Below, piece after piece: positions 47,706 through 58,097 of a DNA stretch of 64,000 nucleotides. Source of the stretch: a virus; IMG/VR virus record IMGVR_UViG_3300036399_001297, positions 1 through 64,000 of that record; one strand, written 5' to 3'. Each line of letters starts with the position of its first letter. Position 1 is the first letter of the stretch. Below the pieces are notes generated by a model. That model did no database searches, was not told where the DNA came from, and saw only the letters and a program-made list of their open reading frames with translations. Both the position numbers and the translations under genes were made by a program.

Positions 47706-49051
47706 TATTTTTTAACTGGTTCTGCTTTTGGTGCAAAACGGATATCAACTTTTGATAATTGTCCTTTAATCGCTGTTCCGGTTTTGTTTAATTCTTGACC
47801 TGTAACATTAATAAAATTTTTAATACTCATTTCTAAAGGATTTACCGGATTGTTATTATCATCTACAAATCTACCGTCAGCAGTTTGATGTATATTTGGA
47901 CCCATAGAAGCAGGTTCAGGAACAGATTGACCCAAACCACCAGCAATACCATCTACTCTTCCCACAAAATAGTCTGCCGCTCTTAATGCTGGATATTTAC
48001 CACCGTATTTACTGACGAGAGCACCATAAAAATTTCCTTGTAAAGCACTCATAACATAACCATATCCATAATTGTTTAACTGGTCTGTTAAGAAACCATT
48101 AGGATCTGATCCAACCTGATCTACTAAATCTATTATTTTTTGTATATCGGCTGGAATAAACCCCTTTAATGTTGAAAACGGATTTCTAACTAAATTTGAT
48201 GCAGCATTTATATAACTTTGAAAAGTATTTAAATATTGGAAAAAAGATCCCTTACCACCAAACATTGACGCAAAAAATCCAACATCATCTAAAAGGGTTT
48301 GAATTGCTTCTAAAATTAAACAAATCAAATCTAATGGGATAATTTGCTCGATTATACTAACCAACATTTTTTGAATTTTTGTAACAATACCATTTATATA
48401 AGCATAGAATTGTTGGATAGCTCGCATTGCTCCTTTATAGATATTAAAAACAATACTTTGAAAAGCTTTCATAACACCTCTTATAGCACCAACAACTCTT
48501 TGTAATGATCCAGCACCCATAGGAGGCATAGATAGATAAGCTCTACTTTTAATTAATACACAATATTTTTCTACGGTTTCTGTAAATTTTGGATGTATTT
48601 TATTTAGTGCTTGTTCTACTAATGTAGGTGTATTTCGCTTAGATGCCTTTACAGGACTTTCTTGTAACATTTGAGACAAAGAAGCCATTAATCCTTCCGA
48701 ACCCGTGTCTTCTAAAGCACCAGATAAACCAGCAGGAGTTTTTTTAAACGCAGCAAATTTTCCATTTTTAGCATTAGTCCATCGAATAAGCCTTTGATAT
48801 AAAGATTTTTTAATCGTAACCTTTCTTAATTTTGTAGCATCTCGATATTCTACAACTGTACTAAAACTATCTACTCCCTTTACTAACATAAAAAGATATG
48901 CTTTATACATCCACATACGATCTCCGGTTAAACTTTGTAGATTAGCCAATGCTTTTCTACCTTCTTCGGAATTCAATAAATTGCTTTCTTTTTCCAAAGC
49001 ATTTATACCATTAATTTCTTTATATCTCCATCTTGATGTTGCATCCGCCAT
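47705..49051 (-). CDS. hypothetical structural (baseplate-region) protein
   Basis: 448 aa, helical and amphipathic; stop overlaps the gp5 start. Confidence 0.55.
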   Translation of the reverse strand: MADATSRWRYKEINGINALEKESNLLNSEEGRKALANLQSLTGDRMWMYKAYLFMLVKGVDSFSTVVEYRDATKLRKVTIKKSLYQRLIRWTNAKNGKFAAFKKTPAGLSGALEDTGSEGLMASLSQMLQESPVKASKRNTPTLVEQALNKIHPKFTETVEKYCVLIKSRAYLSMPPMGAGSLQRVVGAIRGVMKAFQSIVFNIYKGAMRAIQQFYAYINGIVTKIQKMLVSIIEQIIPLDLICLILEAIQTLLDDVGFFASMFGGKGSFFQYLNTFQSYINAASNLVRNPFSTLKGFIPADIQKIIDLVDQVGSDPNGFLTDQLNNYGYGYVMSALQGNFYGALVSKYGGKYPALRAADYFVGRVDGIAGGLGQSVPEPASMGPNIHQTADGRFVDDNNNPVNPLEMSIKNFINVTGQELNKTGTAIKGQLSKVDIRFAPKAEPVKK

Positions 49052-49076
49052 AATAATCTGTTAAAATATTTATCCA

Positions 49077-49682
49077 ATGAGTCAAAATATTAAAGGGTTG
49101 ATAGGAATAGCCGGAAATGCTTTTGTAGGAAAGGATTCTTTTTGTAAAGCACTAATTAAAGCATTTGATAAAAAATTTAAGATTAAAGCCGTAAGACGTT
49201 CTTTGGCTGGTGATACGATAAGAAAAAATTTAAAAGAGATTTCTAAAACTCAATTTAATATAGATATAGAAAATCCTACAATAGAAGAAAAAAAATTAAT
49301 AAGACCCTTTATGGTAGAATACGGATTATTAATGAGAAAAATATCAGAAGGTAGGTATTTTATAGAGCAATTTAAAGACTCTGGATATATAGATATTATA
49401 ACCGATATTAGATATACCGAATATCCTAAAGACGAGTTGTACTGGTTAAGAAACGAAAAAAACGGATTTCTTTTATTTTTAGAACGAGATGATATAGAAC
49501 CCGCGAATAGTCACGAAGAAAAACACAATAAAATTTTAAGGGTAGAATCAAATTTATATATGAAAATACCAACATTTAAAGAAGATATGGAAAAAAATTT
49601 ATATGTATATGCAGAACGTGTTGTCGAAAAATATATAACTAAATATTTACCATTTTCCGACTGGACAACTTTCGGCCTTTAA
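49077..49682 (+). CDS. deoxynucleoside monophosphate kinase (gp1-like)
   Basis: LIGIAGNAFVGKDS, IITDIRY..E, PANSHEE. Confidence 0.78.
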   Translation: MSQNIKGLIGIAGNAFVGKDSFCKALIKAFDKKFKIKAVRRSLAGDTIRKNLKEISKTQFNIDIENPTIEEKKLIRPFMVEYGLLMRKISEGRYFIEQFKDSGYIDIITDIRYTEYPKDELYWLRNEKNGFLLFLERDDIEPANSHEEKHNKILRVESNLYMKIPTFKEDMEKNLYVYAERVVEKYITKYLPFSDWTTFGL

Positions 49683-49967
49683 ATATGTTTTAACTGCCAT
49701 ATAACATCCACATTTTGAACATCTTTCTTGTTCTTTGATATAAAACTCACAAGAATTGCATATAGACAATCTTCTATTTTTTTCGTCATCCGAAACATTT
49801 AAAGGATTTCCGTCCACTACACTTTGTACATTTCTAACTACGCTTTGCCCCACGTTTTGAACCATTTGTTTAAACGGTGGGAGAGTTTGTTTTTGTATAC
49901 TTTGACCGGAAAGCTCTCTGATTTTTGAGGCTTGTTGTATTTTTCGTTTTAATTCATCTCTATCCAT
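49647..49967 (-). CDS. small Cys-rich protein (DUF6171-like)
   Basis: RLSICNSCEF..RCSKCGCY..KT..CPVGKW; start at MDRDEL just after the upstream stop. Confidence 0.65.
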   Translation of the reverse strand: MDRDELKRKIQQASKIRELSGQSIQKQTLPPFKQMVQNVGQSVVRNVQSVVDGNPLNVSDDEKNRRLSICNSCEFYIKEQERCSKCGCYMAVKTYLKAESCPVGKW

Positions 49968-49971
49968 AATA

Positions 49972-51690
49972 TTAAAATTTTGTATCTTCTTTTTCCCATA
50001 TCTTAGAATGAGCATCAACTTTGGTACTAACAACATTTGAAAAATATGAATTTTGTTTAAATGTATGTACAACTTTAATTATCATCCATTGTCCTAAAAA
50101 TCTATCGCTAAAAGGGTCAGAATCTCCATCACCGGAAATAGAATCTACGAAAATAAATCTTCCCGGTGCTCGTATGGTTAAACCTCTAACCGTAAAAGAC
50201 AGTGCTTCATTTAAAAATAAAGCATCTTTAAGCATTTGATTTCTAGCATAAAAAGAAAAAAAATTGTTACTGTTAAATTGATCATCAGTATTAAAATGAT
50301 TTGATAAAAAAACATTATTTATAGCAACGGATTGTTTTTTTGTTTGGTTTAAATTTAACAAAATTTGTGCTCTATCTCGTTTTTCTACAAAATTATAAAG
50401 ACCAGCTTCTGCGAGATTTTCCATTTTACTCACAACACTTTCTGCTGTATTATCACCGAACACAATATGAAACTTTCCGGTTCTAAAATCATAAGTGTGA
50501 ACCGGACTATTAACTATTTTTTTATCATCCGACGAAACCATAGGAGAATACTGATAGGAAATAATTTTGTTTCCGGTTCCTGAAATAAAGTTAAATATAT
50601 CATTACCATTATCCGCCCATGCTCTTGGAACATAAGGTTTATTTTTATCGCCTATTCTATCACCCGAATCAACCTCATTTAAAAATAATCTTTCGACTTG
50701 TTCTTCTTTAGATTTATAAAACATTTCTCTTAAAGATATAAGTCTCCATTCTTTTTCTTTTTGAACTCTAGAAATCCTTAGAAAAACCGGACCTTCTTCA
50801 TCGGTTCCAGCATAAGGTATCATATATTCCAAATCATCCAAGGCATTAGAAATAGCAGGAGATGTGTAAAATATATTATTTCTTGTATCACCAGCAACCC
50901 AATTTCCACCAGTAACATTAAGATCCGCGCAATCGCTTAATTTTTTGGTTGGATCTTTTATACTTCCCCCTTCATAAAATCCTATTTTGATATCTGATTC
51001 ATCAGGATTTTTTCCGGCAGTATCTAAAATAGAACGAATGGCAATATTAGCCGGAATCATTCTAGTATTATCAGTAGGCAATTGTGTACTATTAGGATCA
51101 TTTAAAAATCCTTTTCCTATAGTTTTAAGAGAATATTCCATACCCTCTTTTGCTGTTGACCATTCTAGATTTTTTTCCGATAAAATCTGATATCTTTCAT
51201 CACAAAAATATAATTTTCTTCTTTTTACTTTATTTTCTTTAGTATCTATATCTTCTATATCATATATAACACAATCAAAAGACATCTGCCATTTTTGTTT
51301 AAATTCATCAGACGTTTTATTAATAGTGCCATCCCATAAAGATACTTTACTATCATCTTTAACTATGGGTAATATATTTATACTCATTTTATTTCTACCA
51401 TCTGTTCTAAAAATAAATGGAGCCTTATCGTTATTTTCTTTAGACTTTCTTTCAAAAGTTTCAAAATCATTATTCAATATTAAATATCCCCTGACTGCCC
51501 AATCCATCAAACTTTCTTCTATACATAATGTATCGATAAAAAAGAAACGTACCGGAAGAGGTTCGGTATCCGGTAATTGATTATATAAATATATTTCAAT
51601 ATAATATTGTTGATCTCCTATTTGATGTAGAAATCCTTTATCTTTAAAAAAATTATTTGATGAAACATCTATCATAAAACAGTATTGCAA
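49972..51690 (-). CDS. baseplate hub protein, gp27-like
   Basis: LCIEESLMDWAVRGYL near the N-terminus and FTVRGLTIRAPGRFI..FLGQWMIIKVVHTF at the C-terminus. Confidence 0.6.
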   Translation of the reverse strand: MQYCFMIDVSSNNFFKDKGFLHQIGDQQYYIEIYLYNQLPDTEPLPVRFFFIDTLCIEESLMDWAVRGYLILNNDFETFERKSKENNDKAPFIFRTDGRNKMSINILPIVKDDSKVSLWDGTINKTSDEFKQKWQMSFDCVIYDIEDIDTKENKVKRRKLYFCDERYQILSEKNLEWSTAKEGMEYSLKTIGKGFLNDPNSTQLPTDNTRMIPANIAIRSILDTAGKNPDESDIKIGFYEGGSIKDPTKKLSDCADLNVTGGNWVAGDTRNNIFYTSPAISNALDDLEYMIPYAGTDEEGPVFLRISRVQKEKEWRLISLREMFYKSKEEQVERLFLNEVDSGDRIGDKNKPYVPRAWADNGNDIFNFISGTGNKIISYQYSPMVSSDDKKIVNSPVHTYDFRTGKFHIVFGDNTAESVVSKMENLAEAGLYNFVEKRDRAQILLNLNQTKKQSVAINNVFLSNHFNTDDQFNSNNFFSFYARNQMLKDALFLNEALSFTVRGLTIRAPGRFIFVDSISGDGDSDPFSDRFLGQWMIIKVVHTFKQNSYFSNVVSTKVDAHSKIWEKEDTKF

Positions 51691-52286
51691 GTAGAGTCAT
51701 CAACATCTTTTAATAGATTTGCATGAACCTGATTGAATGAAAAAGAAACATTACATATAATTTCTGTTGGATCTTGATGAGATAATTTTACATCTGATAA
51801 TGATGTCGGAAAAGCATGAGTGTATTTAAACCCTATTATTCTATTGTTAAATTCATCTAAAGCGTATGTTGTAACGGTTGTAACAAAATCATACATTGTA
51901 TTTTGGACCGCATTAGGACCAGCGGAATCGTCCTTTGTTTTATAATTGAAAACTGGAATACCGGATTTTTGATCATTGAATAAATTTATCCATTTCCACA
52001 AAATCCAATAATTTTTCCAACCATTATCAATAACAAAAGGAACACTCAATCCAGTATATGCAGGTCTTGATATAGATGAAGCCTTTAAAACCTGTCCACC
52101 AAAAGGAACATCTATCGCAGGAACACTAACAGTAGGAACAGGAGATCCGTAACAAGTATATTGGACCGTATCGGGATGAAAATCGCTTTTTAAAAGATTA
52201 TCGTATTTACCTTTGAAATATTTAGGTAAATCTAAAACCAATAAAAATTTATCATTCCTTGCTCTATTTAATACAGCCTGATTCAT
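51672..52286 (-). CDS. 3: tail tube terminator/completion protein, gp3-like
   Basis: VQYTC..VPTVSVP, LSVPFVIDNGWKNY..LWKW, AFPTSLSDV. Confidence 0.7.
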   Translation of the reverse strand: MNQAVLNRARNDKFLLVLDLPKYFKGKYDNLLKSDFHPDTVQYTCYGSPVPTVSVPAIDVPFGGQVLKASSISRPAYTGLSVPFVIDNGWKNYWILWKWINLFNDQKSGIPVFNYKTKDDSAGPNAVQNTMYDFVTTVTTYALDEFNNRIIGFKYTHAFPTSLSDVKLSHQDPTEIICNVSFSFNQVHANLLKDVDDSTCNTVL

Positions 52287-52304
52287 AAAAATACTTAATA
52301 TGAT

Positions 52305-53987
52305 TTAAAAAAATACCAGAGGATTATAACCGTCTTCGTTTTTTAATTCTTGTTCCTTTTTATCATTAGATCTCCAAATTATTTCTGGACTATGAGATTT
52401 GTATTCATATTCGTATCTATTTTTTGTAATATTAGGTTCCCATTTAAGTAATTCCGATTGAAATCCTAATCCTTCTGATATAACAGCCGGATCTTCTTTT
52501 ATTTTACCTTCGGGTAAATAGGCTAGGGGAGCATTATAAGATATTTCTTTTTTTGTGGTATTAACCGTACCAAATATAATAGGACTCTTTTTAATAAGAT
52601 CGGAATTATCGATAAAAGGAGTCATAAATAATGGTCTTCCTTGATCATCGGTTTGTTTAACATTAAAATATTTTTGTGCTAATGTTGGTTCTAGGATAAA
52701 TAAAGCCCATACTAATGACCAAACTCTATCATCTCTATCACTTTCATTTTTTTTAGAAAATGTGTAATTAGGCAGTTGTACAAATTCTGCTATTTCTATT
52801 AAAGTATCGAGATCAAATATTTTAACAGCTTTTAAACTATCTACCCAATAACGGAAATTTGTCATACTCCGATATCTAGTATTCGTATGATTGTATATAC
52901 CCAATCTATTTTCATTATTGTAGTGCTGAGACATCCCCTCAAATTTATAAGTAACCACTGATTCATAATTGTGGGTTCTGGCAACAACATCTAAAACCTG
53001 TTGACCGTAATTATTGTTTTCGATTAGTATAGGAGGTCTACCCCAATCATTTGCGATACCGATAAGACGTGTACCGAAATGATACGGTGTTATAGTATTG
53101 GATGCAAATATAGCCACCTGTTCTATATTGGTTAAATCTGAAACATCTAAAACTTGAGCTACTGTATTAGTTCTTCCTATCCCCTCACCAACGTCCACCC
53201 CTATAATATAATGACTTGTTGGTTTTGGTTGTCTATAAATTTTATAAGAACCTTCGTCTGTTGCTAAAATAGGCTCTTTACATAATTTTTTAAGTTCTTC
53301 TAAATGTTCGGCTGATATAACAGATTTGCCTAACGTATGAAAAGTATTTTCGTGTTCTTGTTGAAATGTATGTAGTGATCCTAATGAAGCTATTTCACTT
53401 TTCTTCCATTCTTCATTACGGTCATCATTTTCACTCCAATGCACTTTTTCCAGTTTCCATCCACTGTCAGGTTTTTGAGCTTCTAAATATAATTGATAAA
53501 ATTTATTTTCTTTATCGGCTCCGTTAGGTGTAGATATTCCAACAATCTGACTTTTTTTAGAAGACGTTATAGTAGGTATAACAGATTTCCATAATTCCTC
53601 CATCAAATCATTTTGTATATGTGCCATTTCATCAATTATGAGGCATTGATGTGATAATATATTATTAGAAATATATTTATGATTATCTACAACTTCTAAA
53701 AATTCATAAACAGGATCATTATTTTCATATTCCTCTTTTTTTATTAAAGAAATATTATTCCAAAAAATATCACCGATTTTAGAATTTTTAGCATATTTCC
53801 ATTTTTTTGATGAAATCATAATTTTATGTTTAGGTGTACAGTTTAAAATTTCACCATTAGAAAAGTATAATTTTAACTTTTTATTATTTTTTCCAACAAT
53901 TAATCCTTTAAAATCTTTAAATCCCTCATCGGTTAAAATTTCAAAATCATTATTTTTATAAATTTTGTAATCAGATAAATCGGCCAT
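52305..53987 (-). CDS. 17: split-intein C-fragment fused to terminase large subunit C-terminal part (Walker B to nuclease)
   Basis: intein ends ILSHQ; extein CLIIDEMAHI, ISTPNG, FQQEH, GVDVGEG, IENNNYG, DDRVWSL; start at MADLSD just after the endonuclease stop. Confidence 0.92.
   Translation of the reverse strand: MADLSDYKIYKNNDFEILTDEGFKDFKGLIVGKNNKKLKLYFSNGEILNCTPKHKIMISSKKWKYAKNSKIGDIFWNNISLIKKEEYENNDPVYEFLEVVDNHKYISNNILSHQCLIIDEMAHIQNDLMEELWKSVIPTITSSKKSQIVGISTPNGADKENKFYQLYLEAQKPDSGWKLEKVHWSENDDRNEEWKKSEIASLGSLHTFQQEHENTFHTLGKSVISAEHLEELKKLCKEPILATDEGSYKIYRQPKPTSHYIIGVDVGEGIGRTNTVAQVLDVSDLTNIEQVAIFASNTITPYHFGTRLIGIANDWGRPPILIENNNYGQQVLDVVARTHNYESVVTYKFEGMSQHYNNENRLGIYNHTNTRYRSMTNFRYWVDSLKAVKIFDLDTLIEIAEFVQLPNYTFSKKNESDRDDRVWSLVWALFILEPTLAQKYFNVKQTDDQGRPLFMTPFIDNSDLIKKSPIIFGTVNTTKKEISYNAPLAYLPEGKIKEDPAVISEGLGFQSELLKWEPNITKNRYEYEYKSHSPEIIWRSNDKKEQELKNEDGYNPLVFF
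53646..53987 (-). mobile_element. atypical split intein C-fragment (114 aa) ending in His-Gln
   Basis: EILTDEGFKDF, block B CTPKHKI, block F VYEFLEV, block G NNILSHQ followed by Cys+1. Confidence 0.9.
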
Positions 53988-53988
53988 T

Positions 53989-54855
53989 TTATTTTTTTCT
54001 ATGTTTTTTTCCACCACTTTTTATCCATCCAGTTGGAATATCTTGAGAAATAGGATGTCTTTTAATCTTATTTGTAGTCGTATCACATATAAAAATATAT
54101 TTTTCTATACATTTTTTACCAGTGCCTTTTACCCATCCATCAGGTATAGTTATATCCGGATTATGTCGTTTACAAACATTAGCGACTGAGTTATATATAT
54201 AAATAGAACCTTTACCTGATATTTTTGATATATTTTCTTTATTATTTTCGCGTGATTTTAAAATACCATCCCTAATATTTTTTTTAGCTTCTTCGGATCT
54301 TTTCATACCCCTGTGTTTTTCGGCCATTTTTTTAATTTTTTCGGGATTTTTATTGATTTTTATCATACGTTCTTTATGTTTTTCCGGATTTTCTTTTATC
54401 CATTTTTTAATACCAATTCCTTTTCTTTTATTTATTTCTGGATTATCAAAAACTTTTTCTCTCATCATTTTTTTATAGTCTTCAGATTTCCATTTTTTTT
54501 TAAATCTTGTAGATATCTTTTTTATTGCCTTTGATGACCACGCACAAGGCCCATAGCCACCTTCTTTAATGTTATACGTATCATTTCTTTCTATAAATTC
54601 TAATGTTACTAATTTTCTTTCGGCGTGAAGTGCTTCTTGATACGTATTATAAAAATTCAATATTGTTTTTTTAAAATTTTCTATTCCATATTTTTTTATG
54701 GATCTTTTTAAATTAAGACCAGACCCCATATAACCATCATCTATATTATCTGTCCTATGAACTCCTATATAAATTTTACCGTTTTTAATATTTTCAATTT
54801 CATATAAATAATTGTATTTTCTATTTATTTTCGGATCGTTTAAATGTTTCTTCAT
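53989..54855 (-). CDS. free-standing GIY-YIG (Seg-like) homing endonuclease
   Basis: YLYEIENIKNGKIYIGVH..DDGYMGSG..AE..YNIKEGG; NUMOD3-like GMKRSEEAKKNI; two IP.GW.K units; TAAGTA at 54862-54867. Confidence 0.92.
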   Translation of the reverse strand: MKKHLNDPKINRKYNYLYEIENIKNGKIYIGVHRTDNIDDGYMGSGLNLKRSIKKYGIENFKKTILNFYNTYQEALHAERKLVTLEFIERNDTYNIKEGGYGPCAWSSKAIKKISTRFKKKWKSEDYKKMMREKVFDNPEINKRKGIGIKKWIKENPEKHKERMIKINKNPEKIKKMAEKHRGMKRSEEAKKNIRDGILKSRENNKENISKISGKGSIYIYNSVANVCKRHNPDITIPDGWVKGTGKKCIEKYIFICDTTTNKIKRHPISQDIPTGWIKSGGKKHRKK

Positions 54856-54902
54856 TAGAAATACTTATACACGATGATTTATTATAGATGAATTTGCTTA
54901 TA

Positions 54903-55040
54903 TCAATCATTTAAAACTATAAAATGAGGCGGTTCTTCTTGATTATTTTTTAACAATTCTTCTAGATCTTTTAAATTGATTTTAAATATTTCTTCTGTTT
55001 TTTTATCTTTTAATGTTACAATTGTGTCACCAGTAACACA
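54903..55040 (-). mobile_element. short split intein N-fragment (45 aa)
   Basis: block A CVTGDTIVTL..KINLKDL, then stop; no block B. Confidence 0.88.
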
Positions 55041-56642
55041 ATTTATAGATTGACCTCTAACAGCAGAAGCAGAAGTAGAAGAAACTATAATACTTGACCC
55101 ATTACTAAGATCGAATCCGTTTTTTCTATTAGATTTTACAGCTGGTTTTAAATATACAGGCAATTCTTCAAAAGCCATTTTTATTCTAGAAAAAATTTCC
55201 ATGGCAGTATCAGCTTTGTTAGCCAGTATAGCAACTTTTTTATATTCATGAAAGCATACTAACCATAAAGCATACATGGAAACAATTGTGCTATTGTGAG
55301 TAGGTATTAAACCTTTTCCACATAGATATAAAGAATCTGGACTATCTACGGTGATACATCTAACAGGAACACTTTCTACTTCTTTAATATCTTTTATATA
55401 AAAATATTGATTTCTTTTAGATGTTGACAAATAAGTTTTTACAAATCTAGAACATTTAAAATCCGAACAAGTAACACATTCTCTTGGTTTAAAATATAGA
55501 ATACCACATTTTGTATATTCTTTATCTTTAATTTTAGGTATTTTTTCATTATATTTTACCTTATATCCTAAACTTTCTATCAATTCTTTTACTTGTAAAA
55601 TTAAAGGTATATTAGTATTATAAAAAATAGCACTTCCGTTTTTTTCAATATATCCATCAGAATCCATTAAACCTTTTAAAAGCTCCATTCTTTGATGTTT
55701 GGATGCTTTTAAAAATATATCGGGTATATGTTTATTTTTAAATAAATTGTTAGTTCTTAAATGATAGTATAAAGAATTTTTTTTATCTTCGTTAGTTAAT
55801 TTTACAAGAAAATTGTCTTTTTTATATTCTTTAACGTTTATTATTTTATAAAAATCTAATTCTTTTATCTTTTTTAAAATAGAATCTATATCTCTTATTC
55901 CTATAGTTATTCTAGAATCATTCGAATGTCCATCTCCTAACCACAAACCTAAAATATATGGATTTATAGGTAAATTCTTGTTATCATTATATAAACCATC
56001 TACACACGAAATTATACGATGATTTGGTTCTCCGCTTAATGTCGTTAAAGTTTTTAAAATTTCTTCTGTTGTTTTTGAACAACCTTTACTTTTTTTAGTT
56101 TTTCTATCATTTCTAGTTTCAGTAAACCAAAGATGTTCAGCATCAGCGATTATTTTTTCACCGTTATCAAATAATATTTCGTAACATTTTCTATTGTGTA
56201 ATATATCATGCGCTTTTGTTACGTTGTAGATGTTTCCGTCAGAACCATATATTTTATCTCCGGTTTTTAAATCTCCCATTTTTAAAAATCCATTTGGAGT
56301 TGGTATAGGAGTTTCAATAGAAAGAGCTTTCCCCATCTGTCTCGAAGCACATACCAATAATCTTCTTTCGTCCTTTAAACTTTTTAATATTCTTTTTTGA
56401 TATTTTCTAAGTTTAATTTTTATTTTACCTTCATCTAAATTTACAATATGAAAATGTCTTTCCGCAAAATGTAAAATACTTTTAGCACATGTTCTATTTT
56501 CTTCGAACATCTCTTCGGTAAAGATTATTTTTGCGTTCTTGTTTAGAAGATTTTCATTTCCTTTATAATATCCACCATCGACAAGAATATTATCTTTATC
56601 AATTTCAGGAACATCAGGAATAGGTGCTTTTTTTCTTGGCAT
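54903..56642 (-). CDS. 17: terminase large subunit N-terminal part with one cis intein and a split-intein N-fragment
   Basis: LRKYQ, ASRQMGK|intein|STIVS, ILANK..A.EI, AVRGQSIN|CVTGDT. Confidence 0.93.
   Translation of the reverse strand: MPRKKAPIPDVPEIDKDNILVDGGYYKGNENLLNKNAKIIFTEEMFEENRTCAKSILHFAERHFHIVNLDEGKIKIKLRKYQKRILKSLKDERRLLVCASRQMGKALSIETPIPTPNGFLKMGDLKTGDKIYGSDGNIYNVTKAHDILHNRKCYEILFDNGEKIIADAEHLWFTETRNDRKTKKSKGCSKTTEEILKTLTTLSGEPNHRIISCVDGLYNDNKNLPINPYILGLWLGDGHSNDSRITIGIRDIDSILKKIKELDFYKIINVKEYKKDNFLVKLTNEDKKNSLYYHLRTNNLFKNKHIPDIFLKASKHQRMELLKGLMDSDGYIEKNGSAIFYNTNIPLILQVKELIESLGYKVKYNEKIPKIKDKEYTKCGILYFKPRECVTCSDFKCSRFVKTYLSTSKRNQYFYIKDIKEVESVPVRCITVDSPDSLYLCGKGLIPTHNSTIVSMYALWLVCFHEYKKVAILANKADTAMEIFSRIKMAFEELPVYLKPAVKSNRKNGFDLSNGSSIIVSSTSASAVRGQSINCVTGDTIVTLKDKKTEEIFKINLKDLEELLKNNQEEPPHFIVLND
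55293..56327 (-). mobile_element. class 3 intein with LAGLIDADG endonuclease (345 aa) in the terminase Walker A
   Basis: starts with Ala (ALSIETPIPTP); WCT triad in HLWFT, VRCITV and PTHN, then Ser+1; LGLWLGDG and LKGLMDSDG. Confidence 0.93.
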
Positions 56643-56643
56643 T

Positions 56644-57003
56644 TTATCTATTTAATTGTTTCTTTAATTCATTCAATACCATATAAACATAATCGGATTT
56701 CAATATTCTTAATGTTGTTCCATTTTCGGGAAATTCGACAGGATTTGATATTTGATTATATTCACAAACCAACCACCATAGATCAGTAGTATTATAAAAT
56801 TTATAAGAAATATAAGGCCATGTATCACCTTCTTTTGTTTGATATTGTTGATCTATTGTATTATCATTTGCCGGATAAACGGTAATATTTTTTAAAATAT
56901 TATAAAATGTTGTTTTTGTTTCGTCATCATTATAAACATTAAAAAAATTTTCAAATCTATATACCGAAAGATTTTTTATAGGATTTTGTATGCTGTCATT
57001 CAT
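56644..57003 (-). CDS. 53: baseplate wedge protein, gp53-like (LysM-like)
   Basis: YQTKEGDTWPYISYKFYNTTDLWWLVCEYNQISNP..GTTLRI. Confidence 0.78.
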   Translation of the reverse strand: MNDSIQNPIKNLSVYRFENFFNVYNDDETKTTFYNILKNITVYPANDNTIDQQYQTKEGDTWPYISYKFYNTTDLWWLVCEYNQISNPVEFPENGTTLRILKSDYVYMVLNELKKQLNR

Positions 57004-57008
57004 ATTAT

Positions 57009-58094
57009 TTATTGTAGCTTGGGATTATATACGCCTCTCGCAAAAGCTCCGTTAGCACTACCGTCAGATTCTTTTTTATTTTCAACTAAAAAATCTTTAA
57101 TATTTCCTAAAACCTCGTCAACACCCTTACCTTCTTCTATAACATCTATTTTGCTGCCCCCCATAGTACCTTCAAATACATTAGAACTTTGACTGAGTAA
57201 AGATTGGAATGTTATCGATACACTATATCCTTCTGGTATTAATATATTACCGTATTCCTTTAAAACTCTAGTGGTTCCTATACTTTTAATATCTAATTTA
57301 GAAATAAAAGCAACAGGCATATAAATACCCCCTTGATACACATTTTCGACTTTATATAGTTTTGGTGGCACATAACTCATAAAGGTTGTACGAGTTTTTA
57401 AATTTTGAAATGTTAATAATGTAATCAAACTATAATTTTTATAAGCTGATGCGGTATCGATTGTATTATATAATGGAAAACTTATGGTAAGTGTTTCTGC
57501 GCCAGATCCACTAAATTTTCTAACTTCTTCGGCTCCTACGCCAGTAAAAAGATTAGATACTATATTTTTACCCAACACTGCATCCTGAGCGCCTTTTATA
57601 AGACCTCCTGCGATTGGTATATATTGAAGAGGATTTATTGCTCCAGCTACACCATCACCAAGCTCTATTAAACCTTCGGTAACACCTTTCATTGTAGTAT
57701 CTGCTTCTTTATCCCATCTGTTAGAAACAGATCGTAAACTATCATTATTTTTTATTAGATGTGGAAATACATAATTAAATCCGGTTGGATTACCACTATA
57801 CATTGTTAAATAGGGGTCCATACTTTTATCAGTTGCAAATAATTCATTTTTTAATTGCATGGCTCTTTGAATATTTGTAATAGTTTGCCCCCATGTTAAT
57901 TCATATTCCTTAACCATTACACTAGGAACCTCATCAGTATCCCCACTAATTTTCCAAGGAAATGACCTCAAAACATTAATTAGAGAAGAACCCCCGTTTG
58001 GTTTAGCCTTAGAATATGTAACATTTCCTATAAACGGTATAGCTATAGTAACTTCATCTATATGAAAAAGATCAAAATTGTTTATAAATGCCAT
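57009..58094 (-). CDS. baseplate/tail tube cap protein, gp48-like
   Basis: LTISFPLYNT, YVPPKLYKV, YSVSITFQ; position between the tape-measure-like gene and gp53. Confidence 0.45.
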   Translation of the reverse strand: MAFINNFDLFHIDEVTIAIPFIGNVTYSKAKPNGGSSLINVLRSFPWKISGDTDEVPSVMVKEYELTWGQTITNIQRAMQLKNELFATDKSMDPYLTMYSGNPTGFNYVFPHLIKNNDSLRSVSNRWDKEADTTMKGVTEGLIELGDGVAGAINPLQYIPIAGGLIKGAQDAVLGKNIVSNLFTGVGAEEVRKFSGSGAETLTISFPLYNTIDTASAYKNYSLITLLTFQNLKTRTTFMSYVPPKLYKVENVYQGGIYMPVAFISKLDIKSIGTTRVLKEYGNILIPEGYSVSITFQSLLSQSSNVFEGTMGGSKIDVIEEGKGVDEVLGNIKDFLVENKKESDGSANGAFARGVYNPKLQ

Positions 58095-58097
58095 ATT

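Noticed and set aside
52305-56642. terminase as frameshifted or intron-split
   Set aside because: The breakpoints coincide exactly with intein N- and C-terminal motifs, and the non-coding gaps are only 47 nt and 1 nt.
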